DNA from: Callorhinchus milii
Taxonomy: Eukaryota
DNA: 64,000 nucleotides
Assembly (NCBI RefSeq): GCF_018977255.1
Contig: NW_024704760.1
Location: forward strand, 310,001-374,000
Direction of reading: 5' to 3'
Part shown: positions 46,501 to 60,796 of the stretch, in pieces
Position numbering within the stretch: position 1 is the stretch's first letter
Layout: every line of letters begins with the position of its first letter
Program-made: the position numbers and the translations under genes
Notes under the pieces: model-generated
The model's database searches: none
Told to the model about the DNA's origin: nothing
What the model saw: only the letters and a program-made list of their open reading frames with translations

Positions 46501-48659
46501 AGAGAGGAGGCTGACTGTCTCCACAGTGACTGTCAGACCCCGCACTGCCTTTCTTGGTCTTCGACACAGCGAGACTGATTGACCACAGGCGACAATAACC
46601 AGCCCAGACACTGCGCTGGGCCTGAGCTGCAGGATTGAAACCCTGTAATATCAATCACACAGGCCAGCTGGCTGGCTGCCTTTATTCAGAGGAGCAATGA
46701 TTAAAGACTGTAATCTTAGCTCAGAGAGACTCTGGGCAACCAACAGGCAGAGGTGAGAGAGCAGAGATAAAGATCAAACAGGCTTTATTTAAAGTGTGTG
46801 AATAGAAGGGCTGATGAACCCAGTGTGGGGTCATAGGAACAAAAAATACTCTCACAACCGAAAGCTGGAACTCTCTCTCTCTCTCTCCCTCCCCCAATAG
46901 CCTGTGGATTATGTCTAGATACATTCACATTTTCAAGACTGAGGTGGATAGGTATTTGTTAGGTCAAGGTATCAAGGAATATGGGGGAAAGGTGGGTAAT
47001 TGGGGTTGAGGTACAGATCAGCCGTGATCTTACCGAATGGTGGAACAGGCTTGAGGAAGTTTCAATGATAAATACTGCACACAGTCACTACACTGACCAG
47101 CAATTCTCTGTGGAACGCTTTCAGACAGTTCAGCTATAATCGTTGTATCAAATACAGGAATTATTCCAGGATTATCATCATTAATGTTGGTGTTTCTCCA
47201 TCTGGCTGCCCTCTCTCTCCCTCTCCATTCCTTCCCTCGCTGCCCAGCAGGAAACATGATGATGTGAGCTACACCAGATTGTTTGTTGTAATTAATCAAA
47301 AGCTGTAGCCTCCATTGATTAGGATTTCTCTGGTTACAAAAGTGTTACAATAATAATAATAATAATGCTTGCATTTGATATAGCAAATTTATTGTTATTG
47401 TTATAAAAAGTTATTGGTTTTACAGTAAAACAAGACTGAGGGAAAGCTCCACAGTCTGACACTCCTTAGTTTATCCTGCAGCTGGGGGTGCTGGGGAGCT
47501 GACAATACTGTGGGGGGCTGGGGTGGGGGGCTGCTTAGGATGGCATTTTGAGGGTTTAATATTGAGTTTGCGCTATGAAGTGATTCAGAGTAAGAGCGTG
47601 TGTCATACAGTAACAATCCTGCTATTTTATTTCAGAAGGTCTTTATGGGTGGAGGAGAGGGTATGTGTGCGTGTGTATGGGCAGGGTTAGGGTTAGGAGA
47701 GTATGTGCAAGTGGGGGGTGAAGAGGATCGACTGCGGCTGAGACGACAAGTTTGCAGGGCTGTGGGGAGAGCGCAGGGGGAGTGGGATTGATCAGGGCTG
47801 TTGGGAGAGAGTGGGGTGGGGGGAGTGGGATTGATTGGAAAAGCTCTTTTCAAAGAGCCGGCACAGTCACGATGGGCTGAATGACCTCCTTCTGTGCTGT
47901 ATAATTGTATGGTTCTACTGGAGCTGAAGCAGCTCAGGCAGTAATGACAGAGTTTCTGGGCCCCGCTGTGCGGCGCAGACTGGTGGCCTTGATGTCGTCT
48001 GTGTAATTATAGGGTGTGAAATCCCTGTGTGCAGCACATCCCTGACAGAGACAAGGGACTTGTATTCCATTATAGCCCTGACATTCCCGAGTGTTGGAGG
48101 CCAAGAGAAACGCCCTGTTATTTGCACAGACAGATTTATTGTTAATCTCTGACAGGCAGCAATGATTAACACTGCAGAAACTCCGGACTCCAAACACCCC
48201 ATCACACACTCTCTCCCTGAGCTCAAACCCACCCTCGGGAAGTTACACAGTCCTTCACAGGACAGAAAGATAGAGAGACAGACAGAGTCACTCTTCCTCG
48301 GGATGTCCTCCCGACAGGTCCCACCATCAGCTTGAGGGGGAGGGGGTGTGTGGGTGCGTGTGTTGGTCTATGGTGGAGAGGGAGTGTTGGTGGCAGAATG
48401 AAAGGTACAGTGAGTAGGTGTAGCCCCCAAACGCCCCCCCCCCCCGGCCCTGTGGAAGCTGAGCTCAGGGACACGGGGCTGCAGACACGAACCTCCGCAG
48501 TGAGAGCAAAAACCACAGTAAATGACTAACTCCGCACTGGAACAGCAGCTGCTCTCATTGGGCCGACACTTTGGCGCACTCGACCCAATGGCTTTGGCAG
48601 GGAGTCGATGCGGGGCTGTCGCTCACTGTGATGGGCGATGCTGTGGCCCAATGCTGGGC

Positions 48660-48664
48660 TGGGG

Positions 48665-48696
<32 letters not shown>

Positions 48697-48830
48697 CAGG
48701 AGGAGGAGGAGAGAGAGAGCAAGAGGAGAGAGCAGGAGGAGGAGGGAGAGAGAGAGAGGAGGAGGAGAGAGAGAGAGGGAGAGCAAGAGGAGAGAGAGTG
48801 GCACAGGGGCTGAGAGAGGAGAGAGAGAGA
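48660..48830. repeat. Purine-rich (GA/GGA)n tract at the AMIGO1 promoter
   Basis: Visible tract, flanked by CpG-containing sequence. Confidence 0.85.
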
Positions 48831-49061
48831 GCCAGAACGACCGCAGTCTCATCATCCAGCCTTCTGGTGCCTGGCGGACCACTCTGAGCTGCCACTATTG
48901 CCTGTTTGTTGCCAGACATCCCCAGCGCGCGTGTGCGTTAATGCAGTGGGTGTGTGTTGGTACCCACCGCACGCACACACTCCGCTCTGCGGTGCTGCCT
49001 CGTTGGCTCCGAGCCCTGAGCAGGACATCTGGGCTGAGAGCTGCCGGAGGTTTCAGGGCTG
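48831..49061 (+). promoter_or_regulatory. AMIGO1: Candidate AMIGO1 non-coding first exon
   Basis: CpG-enriched. Donor candidates CTG|gtgcgt (49062) or gtgagt shortly after. Acceptor ctctctgcag| at 49518, 76 nt before the ATG. Confidence 0.35.
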
Positions 49062-49594
49062 GTGCGTGTGTGTGAGTGAGTGAGTGAGTGAGTGAAGGAG
49101 AGAGACAGAGAGGGAGGGAGAGAGGGAGGGAGGGAGAGAGAAAACCGCAGAGCTATTGCAGTCAGCAGTAACCGCTTACAGACCCCCCCCCCACCCCCAT
49201 CCTCACCCCCAGCCCCTCACTGACAGTACAGGACATTGGGCAAAGAATGACCAACCCTGAATCACAGCTGCTCCAGCAGTAACACCCAGTGAGTAACAGT
49301 GCTTTTGTTTTTATTATTATTTATTTATAAAGAATTCTGGTGGAGAGGGACTGAGATTGAGCTGAGGTGTCAGGTTTTGTGTGTGTGTGTGTGTGGGTGG
49401 GTGGGTGAGTGGGTGCCTTGTTGGGTTGGGTGCCAGGCTCTCTCTCTCTCTCTACACAATGCTGGATGATGTATGTCTCCCACCACAAGAGTCCTGTCCT
49501 GGGAAATCCTCTCTGCAGTCTGTGTCTCGCCCCTGTGCTGGGTAAGCTTTACCCCTCTCTGCTCTGCTCCATCTCCCCACCTTAAGTCCTGACA

Positions 49595-51061
49595 ATGTGG
49601 AAGAGCAGTGCCCTGGGGTTCAGACTGACCATTCTCGCCCTGTTTGGTTGTTGGGCTAACGTGGCTGCCCTGACCTGCCATCCGGACTGTATCTGTGCCA
49701 GTAACATTGTCAGCTGCTCCAAGAAGGAGCTCGTAGCCATCCCCAACTCCATCCCGGAGTACACCGCCATCCTGGACCTCAGCTACAACAGCCTGAGCCG
49801 CCTGCGGGCAGAGTGGACCTCTGTCCACCTCAACAAGCTCCACACATTGTTCTTCAGCCACAACGGCCTGATCTTCATCTCCGAGGAGGCCTTCTCTCGG
49901 GTGCTGCACCTCAGATACCTGGACCTGTCCTCCAACAAGCTGCGAACATTGGAGGAGTTGCACTTCCATGAGCTGGAAGAGCTGGAGGTGTTGTTGCTTT
50001 ACAACAACCAGATCTCACAGATTGACAAGACAGCCTTTGAGGGGACGTCTAAGCTGCAGAAACTCTACCTGAGCCAAAACCAGATCTCCCGCTTCCCCCT
50101 GGAGCTGGTCGTGAAGAAGACGAGGTCTCCTGAGCTGGAGCTGTTGGATGTTTCTGGCAACAAGATCAAATCACTGCCAATCGCGGAGCTGAACTCCCTG
50201 CCAGCCTTCCTCAAGAATTCTCTGTACCTGCATGACAACCCACTGCTGTGTGACTGCCCGCTCTATCTCCTGCTCACCCAATGGCACGCTCGCCAGCTCA
50301 ACTCTGCTGTGGACTTCAGGGACGAATTCCAGTGTGTCCTTCCCCTCAACCACAAGCTGTCCATCCGCCTCTTCAACCTGCAGAGCGACTACATGAACTG
50401 CAGTGTCCCGAACGATTCAGAACTGGAAGCTTTCCTGGAAGATACCCTCACCATCCACTGTGATACCAAGCTGAGGAACATGACCAAGGTCTGGATGACT
50501 CCCAGCAATGAGACCATCCAGGCTGGGCAAGGCAACCAGAGTGCCCAAGTCCTGCCCAATGGTAGCCTGCAGCTCAGGGAGCTGAGACCTGAGGACTCGG
50601 GCACCTACACCTGCTTTGCCATCAGCAGTCACTTCAACGAGACCATCTCTGTCCAACTCAAGGTCCACAACTCCTCGGCCATCGTTGGCTACGAGGGGTT
50701 AAACACGGCCTACACCACCCTGGTGGGTTGTGTGGCCAGCGTAGTGCTGGTTCTCATCTATCTATACCTCACCCCCTGCCACTGCTGGTGCAGGAAGAAG
50801 GCTGAGACACAGCAGGAGGAGAGCATCCATTCCTCCTCACTCAGCACCACCCCAACACACCAGGCCGAGGCCGAGAAGGAGGCCCTGGATATGCGGGTGG
50901 CCTTCATAGACCCGGCCAGGTGCGGCCTGGGGCAGAATGGCAAAGTGCAGCCCAACGCCGTGGAGCAATTTGAGGACAAAAGATTGTCAGCGACTTCCAG
51001 AAAGAAATCTGACTCCGAGTCCTTCAGCACCGTGCTCCTGGACTCTCCTGTTGTAGTGTAA
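49595..51061 (+). CDS. AMIGO1: Amphoterin-induced protein 1 (LRR + Ig type I membrane adhesion protein), single coding exon, 488 aa
   Basis: Signal peptide, LRRNT (CHPDCICASNIVSCS), SRLRAEWT, 6 LRRs, LRRCT (LYLHDNPLLCDC), Ig domain (EDSGTYTC), TM after NTAYTTLVGC, C-terminal GQNGK and DSPVVV. Lies between GPR61 and CYB561D1, as AMIGO1 does. Confidence 0.95.
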   Translation: MWKSSALGFRLTILALFGCWANVAALTCHPDCICASNIVSCSKKELVAIPNSIPEYTAILDLSYNSLSRLRAEWTSVHLNKLHTLFFSHNGLIFISEEAFSRVLHLRYLDLSSNKLRTLEELHFHELEELEVLLLYNNQISQIDKTAFEGTSKLQKLYLSQNQISRFPLELVVKKTRSPELELLDVSGNKIKSLPIAELNSLPAFLKNSLYLHDNPLLCDCPLYLLLTQWHARQLNSAVDFRDEFQCVLPLNHKLSIRLFNLQSDYMNCSVPNDSELEAFLEDTLTIHCDTKLRNMTKVWMTPSNETIQAGQGNQSAQVLPNGSLQLRELRPEDSGTYTCFAISSHFNETISVQLKVHNSSAIVGYEGLNTAYTTLVGCVASVVLVLIYLYLTPCHCWCRKKAETQQEESIHSSSLSTTPTHQAEAEKEALDMRVAFIDPARCGLGQNGKVQPNAVEQFEDKRLSATSRKKSDSESFSTVLLDSPVVV

Positions 51062-53480
51062 TAATTTAGTAAGTACCCAGGTGAGGGGAGAGAGAGGGAG
51101 GGGGCTGGGGGAGAGAGGGCGGGGTAAATGGGGGAGAGGGGGAAGGGGCTGGGGGAGAGAGGGAGGGGGCAGGCGGTCTGTGTTGAGAAGGGATCTGAGA
51201 TTATAAACTGAAGAACAGCACAGCGAGGGTTATAGTGAAATCCTATCAATTTATTCCTTAAATTGTTGGCTCTTAAGACGTGAGCCCAAGACCCGATCTG
51301 GGATGTATTTGAGTGAGGGTGAGATGGAGAAGGGATAAGAGTCTGTGTCTGAACCTGAGCTGTTTGTCCCAGACAATCATCCTCTGAGCTCAGCAACTGT
51401 GGAATCCAGGTTAACACTATGAGGAAAGCGAATTGATGTTGATCGAGTGGGGTGGGGGGTAACAATGTGCTGTTACACCAGGGCAGGCCTGTAGCTGATC
51501 ACTCACTCGGTACAGATAGTGAGGAGATGTTATCATAACTGACATCTTTTCAGGCGGTGTGAATAATGGCAGTCGATACACGTCAGTGTACATTAGACAC
51601 AGAACAAAGCTAACCTACCATTCGTATCCCCCTCACTCTTACAGTTAACACATCCCAGTACTGTATAAACCAGTGTATATCTCTATTGCAACTTGGTACA
51701 CCCCGTGTCCACTCGTGCGCTATTATACGTCAGTCCATTAGGTACCTGGTGAGAGTCAGCTGCGGTTTAATTGTGCATTTCCTGGATCAGCCATAAACAT
51801 ACTGCTGTCGCCGTCACTGTGTCTTTCTGAGTGCCCTATGTGTGAGGTGCCACACAGCTACCACACACCTCAGCCAGACCCCACATAGTTACTGGGATAG
51901 CCTTCCACCTTACAGCTAACTGATTCCTTTTCTATCATTAAAAACTCCAACATGGTGTATAAATCTTGGAACTGATACCAGCGGTGTGTGAGATAGTGTG
52001 TATTGTTAGAAGAGCTGTGATACTAGTCTCTCTCAAACACACACAATTTGTACCATTTTCTTTGCTTCTTTGATTCTCTGCAGCAAAAGTCAGTTAAAGA
52101 TTCTTACAGAATTCAGGTACTTGACTAGTGTAAGCAGTGTTAGCTGAGATACACTGCTTTACAAGCAATGAATTGTCATTCTGTGTATGTTGTCCTCTCT
52201 CAAAGGCAGAGAGCAGTAACAGTATATTTTCTATGGCCTGCTGCTATGTTTCTCCCTGGTGCTGTGGTACTAATAACAGTGTGGGTGGAAGCAGGGATGA
52301 GGAGTTACGAGGATGGGTTTGGAACATTGATTTATTTTTTTAATGGAAAACAGAAGATTGAGGAGGGGAGTTAATGGAGGCTGTCAACATTTTGGAAAGA
52401 TTTTGCAAAGATAAAAGTGAAAATTATTCATTCTGGATTGATGAAATGGCTCCCGTGGCTCAGCTAACGAGCAGTTAGAAGAGCGATGATGCTCTCAGTG
52501 TCCAGGGTCCATGAGAACTGAGTGAGAGCAGCTTTGCTGGGAGACGGTGTGTGGTCTCTGGTGGGTTGAGTTGAGATGTCTCAAACCAGGAAGGATTTGG
52601 CAGAGAGTTCACTAGTTGGAAATTAACAATATAAACTCCAGTCCCCTGTGAGATTGGCCCTCAGTGCCTTTCCTTGGTCTATTCTGTACCTCCCATTAAG
52701 CAATGGAGATGTGTTAAACCAAACCCCACCACCCACCAACTTTAACCTAATATCCAACAACAGCTTGCATTTTTATAGTGCTGTTCACCTGGAATAACAT
52801 CCCATTGCGCTCTATATATTACATGGGGAATGTGAGGAGCGCACCAGACCCAGGGAGGAATGGCCATCGTATCCATGTGCTGCTGTGTTCTGTAGGCAAT
52901 CGTTCGTGTGGCAGTGTTCCCTTCCCCCAGGGTGATGGTCGACGGCCTGTGATCCCTTATGAAGCGATGCAGGGTTGTGTGACAACGTGCTGGTTTCAAT
53001 ACTCTCTATTTTCTTTATTGAACTCATGTTGTGCATGTATTCTTCCCCACAAAGGTGTGAACAGCTGCCAACAATGCCTCATTCAATGCTCTAGACATAT
53101 CACCCTTTACAGCCTAACAAAAACAGGCAGACACAGTCTCTGAAGTGAACTTACTGTGGTTCTGAGCTAAACTGGGGCCATTGCGAAGGACTGTGACCTT
53201 ATATTCCCTTTGACTTCCTTTAGATAGAATAAAACTCACTGTTGTTTCTGGATAAAATGAGTAACTTGGGGGGAAATGTGAGATAACGTAAAGTTGTTTT
53301 GGGGTAAACTTCAGGGAGATGAGGGCAGATACACAACCAGGACCTCCTCACCTAATGGATGAATGGATCACTGCCATACACATCTGCAATGGATGTCTAT
53401 GTATTTAACCAGGTAAATATCAATGTATAAGATTTGTACAGTACCCTATAGCTTAATGTGTTTAACTCTATATATAAATG

Positions 53481-53506
53481 TGTACATACAGTATAATTAA
53501 AATAAA
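53481..53506 (+). other. Probable AMIGO1 3' end: Pumilio element plus poly(A) signal
   Basis: TGTACATA at 53481-53488 and AATAAA at 53501-53506. An alternative AATAAA lies at 53228-53233. Confidence 0.4.
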
Positions 53507-54646
53507 GGTAGGGTTTAAAGAGATACCTAAACCAGGTTGGAAACTATTGACACTCTATGTCAGAGTCAGTCTCTGAGTGTGTTTTGTGCTAATGGTAACT
53601 TGTTGGTCTCCCATCTCTGGCGCCTGGGATGGAAAGTTTCCTCTGTCAGCAAGAATTCTATACAATAGAACGGTGTGTACATGTGCACCACACAAGGCCA
53701 TATGGGTGACATTTATCCTGGTGCCTAGATGACATTTCTTTGATTTTGGTTCGTGTGACTCTTGGCTCAGACACGTGCAAACACACCCTTGCCTTCAGAT
53801 AGTTACTGGGACAGCTTGAGTTTCATGTTTGGGGAAGAGGAGTGTGTTTTTACACAGAGCTCTCCTCCTGTGTCGCCCGTCCCTCAGGCCGTGTGGACGG
53901 GAGCACATCACGTTTATACACAGTGTAAAAATCTGTGCCTCTGACGTCCAAACATCACAAAGCGCTTTCACAGTAATTATTATTCAATGTGGTGTCAAAC
54001 ACGGCAGCAGTTTGCATGGTGACAAGTCACAGGTTATGTCTTGAATCATCGGCCCTAGACTCACTGTGTCTCACTTAAAGCTGAACCCCTCTCCCTCCCT
54101 CTTTTCCTGCGCGCACACTCACTCTCTCTCTCCGCCAGGCAAAATGGGAAACATTTCCTGGAGAGTTTCACCTTAGATTTATAACGTAATTCAATCTGCA
54201 GCATTTTCCATCGTAAATCAAAGCCCCAAACGTTGGTAAGTAAATCCCGTCAACACGATTTACACCATCGTGTGACGTGCAGTGTCTGTCTCTGTAAAAT
54301 CAACTCCAGGAAAAATTTATGATGTGACAAATAATTTCTATGTTTGTGAAATGGTGCAGTCTGGAGTCTCAAGCCACATTCCTTTGGTGAGGCTCAGAGG
54401 GTGAAAGAGTGACAAGGTCTCTGAACTCCACGTGCCTGATGCAGGCAATCTGTGTCCAATGTTCCCACTCACAAAGCAGAGCAGCCTCTTGGGGTGAAGG
54501 CACGAGACCAGAAATTATTTATTTCTCTGAGAAAAACTTTTACCATCATTTAAACATAACTTCCAACGTAAAGTGGTTTTAAAGTTAAAATCAACTCTTC
54601 TCGTCACCACCTGATTTTATTTCTGTGAGTTTCCATGTCTTGTTTC

Positions 54647-54964
54647 GGCGTCCTGTAGCTCAGTGGTTAGAGCACTCGCCTTGCAAGCGAGACACCTGGG
54701 TTCAATTCCCGGCAGAGGGCGAAACCTTGGGCAAGTTTCCTTACCCCACAGAGCCTAATAATAATCTCCTCCAAAAAACAAAACAGTAATAAATTGGTTA
54801 TTTTCAAACCACGACTGTTTGTGGGACGCTGCTGTGCGCAATTGACTGCCGGGTTTCGCCCACAAATATACAGTCAATTCACTTTACAGTATATTCTGTG
54901 AAGCGCTTTGAGACGTCGAGAAGGCATGAAAAGCACTATATCAAATGCAAGGATTATTATTATT
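54647..54964 (+). mobile_element. Full-length young tRNA-head SINE (subfamily A)
   Basis: ggcgtcctgtagctcagtggttagagcactcgccttgcaagcgag...ggttcaattccc...tatcaaatgcaagg(att)n. Confidence 0.9.
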
Positions 54965-57900
54965 GTGATTCAGGTGGATGTTATGCCCCCCCTCATCTGA
55001 CTAATATTTTAAAGAAATGTGGAGTTTCTCCCCTCCCTGTTTTACTCTCTGTTCATTCAAATTCACCCCAAATTCAAATGACTTGGTCTCTCATCTGTGT
55101 GTGTGGGAGGGGGTGGGTGCTGTTGTTTGCTTCTGTAATGACATTTATAATTAATCTCATTTTGTAAAGTGCTTTGAGACTTTTTTTTCCAATGAGTGAG
55201 CTGTGTTTGCGAAACATCCCTTTTACTCCCCGCCACCCAACCCCTCCCGGCTTATGACTGAAAGGGAAAAGGGAGATTGAAAAGCTCTTTACTTGGGGCT
55301 GTGGTATGTAGAGTGCCGGAGAATCCTGCCCTTGGAGGGATTTGTGAAGATTGAAAGGCACCTGTAACCCATTCTATTCCTTGTGGTACATCTTCATAAA
55401 GGAGTCAGGTAAATTGCAAGCTGTGAGGGAGACGGGAGTGTTATTGGAGAAAGGGCGAGGTTGTTTGTTAGACAGAGCGAGCGGGTGGCGCTGATCAGCC
55501 CCAGATGTTGTCTCTCTAGCAGCTGGAACCTGAGTTACCAGCCAGAGCCGTTACCAGAGAAACAGCATTGGCTCAGTCAATGCGGACACAAAGTCACTGA
55601 TCCTGCTGAGAGTCTTTGTCTTGGTGATTGCTTACAGACTGTGGTGCTTCGTGTCTTCCATCACCATCGATGTGGGTGTGGGGTGTGCGGGGGGCGTGGG
55701 AGGGGGCTGAGTCACATTACTGCTGTCCTGTGTGCTTTCATCATGTTCTCATTCCCTGAGCATGTGCCTAATGCCTCTCCTTTTTGCCGGGAGGAAAGCT
55801 CCACAGCCGCCATCCATCACTTTACCCCCGAGGCCATCATTCATGTCATACACGACCTTGGCAGTGAGTGTTAGCTGGGTAACCACAGGGGGGGTGGGGG
55901 GGGGTGAGGAGGAACTCAGCTGGGACTAATTCTATCTGCACATGACTGGCCCTTCATACCCCTGACCCTGTGCCCTCTGTTTCTGCTGCCTTACATTATC
56001 AAAGGATTTGTCTGTGGTTACTTTCTACCTGTTTGTCACATTGTATAAGGAAAAACAGGAAAAAATATGGTGTGTGATATAATTAACACATCAAATACAT
56101 TTTTCCCAATCTATCACTTATATAATAATAATAATTTGGTCACTCAATCCACAATTATTTGTGGGACACTGCTGTGGGCAATTGGCTGACACATTGCACC
56201 CACAAAATATACAGTCAATTTACTTTACAGTATCTTCTATGAAGCACTTTTGAGATGTGATAAGGGGCTACATCAAATGCAAGGATTATTTTTATTTAAA
56301 TATGGTGCTTGTCACCATAACAGAAACATCTGAATTAGATCAATTGGGTACACAGTGAATCATTATGTGGGCAAAGTGCTAATTTTGGTGCCACCAATAT
56401 TTTGGAGTTTTGGGTTTGAACTTGATGAGGGATTGTAAGGCAGGATAACTGGGAGGAGAATGTCACATGTCTTTGAAACAGGTCCGGATGATCATTGGAT
56501 TCCCAGCACTGGGATACTTTAACACATCATTACAATTCATTTGATAAAATCCACTGTAATGGTACGAGGCACTTAAAAAAAATCCTTACATTTGAACACA
56601 GACCTCGAAGCACTCGCGGGCAATTGCTATCAATTGTGGACAAACATGACAATCATGTTACACACAGTAAGGCCCCACCACCTCAATGGCCTCTCAGTTT
56701 ATCACTGAAGTGCAGCTCACTCTAGTCTCATAGGGCATAAACAGGCAGTATATTATTTTGCACACGGCATCATTCATTGTTGAGGGCCAAACCACTGGGT
56801 GTTTACAGTTAATTCTTGTGAACCATATATTGCTGTCATAAAATAGGTGTCTCACCCTCAGAGACTGTGAAGTAGGACCCGGTTGGATTGGGATGTAACA
56901 CACAGGGACATTGTGTAATCAGCGTTCACTTAAATCAATATTTCGGTTGTCTGCCTGGTGTTCCGGATGTCTGGAATCCAAAGTACATGAGCTCCCCACC
57001 CCCACTTACTGCTTGTTCTCTTCCCAGCCGTCAACTCAGCACAAACAGGGATCAGCCCTGGGAACTTCCGGGTGTTTTGTCCTAGCAAGAACCTCACAGT
57101 CCAGCTTTAACAGTTGTTCTCCTGGATCTAAAATCAGTTAGAATCCAGTTTCCCAGATTTAAAACTAGCCTTTGCCCATCCAGTTCCTACAGCAGTGTAT
57201 TCCTTCAGTGAACAAAGGCGTCTGACTCAAAGCCCCTGGGAGAGGCTGGGGCTAAACCACACAACTCCAAATCCCAATCTGAAAGATATACAGTTCAAAA
57301 ACACACTGCCATTCAAACACCCAAAACATTTTTATTACAGCATCAGAGACAGCCATCAAATAATGAACTCCCTTTGCTAATACACTCAGTGCAATTTTGC
57401 TCTGGACACAATGACAGGACGAGGAAAAACTTGGGGGAGTCAATAACATATTAATTGGGTATGGACAGGGAGGGTGAGATAAGACTAAGACTTGAGGTGG
57501 CTCAAGTGACGAAAACACACAGGCAAATCTGACTGACCAAATGGCCTATTCCTGTACTGTAATAATCTAAAATTGTCATCAGATATCAGCCCAGAGAGGG
57601 CAGGGCACACACACTCCTGGGTTAACAACTGGATACTGAGAGTCTGTAGTTTACAGGTGAGTGTCTATTGGACAATCAATGCAGCTCTGTCTCTGCCCAT
57701 GTTATTCCCATGTTAGACTGGCCCAGACTTATCCAGACATGACGGATGGCAATTCTCTCTGAAGGATCAGCCCAGGACCATCCTTGCCTAATATTTATGA
57801 AGAATTGACTCTGTGCTGCCTGCCTTTGCCTTTGAAAGGCCTCCCATCCCAGACATCACTGTGTAAATACAGCCTGGGACTCTCAAGTGCTTCTGTCCCC

Positions 57901-59102
57901 CTGAGAACAATGATCACAAAGTTACATAAACATACAGATAATTAAAACGTCAGTTCACAAAAACTCCCCCACAACGAATCCCATTGGACAAGACCGGACA
58001 AGCTCCCAGACCAGCAAATGTGAGATCGAATTAAACAGGATTAAAAACTCCTTTCGTCTGAGGCAGCACAGTCGTTGGGAGGTTGAGATGAATCAACATG
58101 GCAATCAAAAGGCTTTATGCTGCTGTCGATCGAGAAGACAGCGACACAACACTGGGAATCTGACCTGATCCAAGCTCCCTGCTGCCAAATCATGGGAACG
58201 AGTGGAAAGGCTGCACATTGTCAATGTGCAGATACAGACACAACCAACCAACTCACATTTACATATAAGATAAACACAGTGAAACAAACTGGGTTTCTCT
58301 CTCTCTGAAGGAGCCGATGGTTACAGCATTCCGTGCAGTCGAGCATGTTAACACCCGGTCATGTCACATTTCATTTACAGAACACAAATTAAACTGTGTG
58401 TGCCTGGGGCTCTAGTAGTTCTGAGGGGGACTTTAATACTGTGTGTGTGCGCTCACACGCCTGCCTTTCCCTGCTCTCTAACAGCAAAATAGCCATTGAT
58501 TTAATAGATAGAAAAAACTACAGCTTCCTTTTCACCAGTTCCTCAGTCACTCACATTGTAATACTGTTCCTCCCACTCATCACATCTATCTGAAAGGTTT
58601 TTTTTGTTTGAACTAAGATGTTTTTTGGTCAGTCGGGTGTCTGACACATGCGGAAACCCATCACCATGTTATCTAGAGTGTCCAAACCAGACTGAAAGTT
58701 CCACGCATCCAACAACAACAAATTACATTTGTGTGGTGCCTTTCAGGTCGGGAGGATGTCCCTCGGCGCTGGAATTCCCATAGATTGGAATGTGCAATCT
58801 TTCCCAGAACTAGGAAAAGACCAGCCTTCACTCTGAAGTAACTCACTCGCTTATTTTACGATTGTTCCCAAATAACTCCTATCTCACCAGCAGCCACAGG
58901 AATGTCTGTGCCAGGTGCGGCTTGTATTGAGAGTTGCTTATTCTCTTTTTTTTGCAGTTCATCCAACACTGTGAATAGATCACAGATGCTGATTGCTGGT
59001 CCTACTGTAATCAATAAAACCACAAGTGTTCCCAGGGCCATGTGCAAATGTGTGCAAAACTGTGTACAACTCCATGTGCCGTGTAAACTGTGAGTGTGCA
59101 AC

Positions 59103-59136
59103 ATCACCCTCCGGTGGCGAGGAATCAGTACTGCAG
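59103..59136 (-). promoter_or_regulatory. Candidate CTCF site with upstream motif (reverse orientation)
   Basis: Minus strand reads CTGCAGTAC-tgattcctcg-CCACCGGAGGGTGAT. Confidence 0.5.
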
Positions 59137-60796
59137 GGAATTGCCACTAAACCTCAGCGACACACTTAGGGTTCGATGGACTTCGATGGTGCGGAGACCA
59201 GAAATTCCACCCGATCCTAGCCTGGAGCACTCTGTCCTGGTATTTAAGTTTGAGCAAAGCTGAACTTAAGAATGTTTACAGTTCTGCGCAGTGAGCCGTT
59301 TGAAAGACAAAATGATCTTAGTTGCTCGGCTAAGACCAGATGGAATTTCAGTCCCTCAGGTGCTCCCAATCCCAAGTAAATAAAGGAATTTCAGAAACAA
59401 ACGTTGCTTCTGGTGGTCAGGATTGGGGCGTCAGTGGAGGTCAGTTGGTTTATGATCTAACAGACCCTACACAGCCAGTAAACCCCCCACCTCCCCCACA
59501 CACATACTGTACACCCACACTCCCCCCAACTTTAAATATCCCCACACACACTGTAAACTCCCCCCCACACACTAGCTGGACTATATACTCGTCCCTCCCC
59601 CCCGCACACACACCACACGTACATGTCCCCTCACACTGTAATCACTATATACGCTCCCCCACCCCACACAAACCAAGTTCACTAACCAAATTAAAAACAA
59701 AGTATAAAACACCTCCTTACAGTAAAGATCACGTTTCACCACATTTTTAGCTATTCCCAATCACACACAAGGACTTGCATTTATCTAGCGCCCCTCACGC
59801 GAGGCAGCGTCCCAGTCACACACAAGATTCAGCAGGTATTATTCACAAGGACAGGACAGAGCTGACTTGCTCAGCAACAAAGCTTTTGATACAGCTAATC
59901 AGAAAACTTGATTAAAATGACCTAAAATCTCTATGCTCATTTACCACAAGTGATTCGGAATCATCCAAATAAAGTAATTAAAATATCTCCCATTTTCATT
60001 TTAAAAAACAGGTGGCAAAACAGGTACCTAATGTGGGTTTAACAACAGATATGCTGTGTGTTACTGTACTGTACTCTCAGGAGGGCTCTGGATTGGACCA
60101 GTTCCCGATTCCACAGCTCTGCTGTTGCTGCTACTTGTGAGGACATAAGGACCTCGTTTTCTCTTCCTCCGTCCCCCAGCGAGGCTGAGAGATTACAGAG
60201 AGGCTCTATTGTCCCCACTCATAAAAGCAACTGAGGGTCTTCTCTGCACTCCCCCCTGATCGCACAGGACTCAATGTACTGTGTGGGGGAAATCGCAGTA
60301 CATGCATCTATAACCCCAAATAGAACAGTTAGATAAAGATGCTGCCATAATTGTTTCACAAACACCATTACACACTTGGACAAACATGGACTATTTCTAC
60401 ACGTGCTTGATTAGTTCCCTTTGTACCGCGAGGAATACCGGTTAGATATAAACATTCACAAGGTTACTAAGAATCTCCGTCACTGTGATCAGAGGCAACT
60501 TCCCATCTCAGAGCAGCCAACAGGGAGAGGCAAAGAGATCTCCCCTCAAAAGATGGGTCGAGGCAACATTGTTCATGGACACCCCCTTGTGATGGGAGCA
60601 CAACACAGCAGGAATAAGAAACATCTTCCAAATTCTTCAGCTCCACTTCAAACTCGGAAATCGATTTCACACTGATACTCGTTGACCAGGTGAAGAGGCT
60701 AAAGTCCCAGCCAGCCGTCAGCTCCACCCTAGGCTTAGCTCGTACAACCACTGCGTGCAAATAGCTCCTGGCCATCACTGACCCACCGCCACGGTG

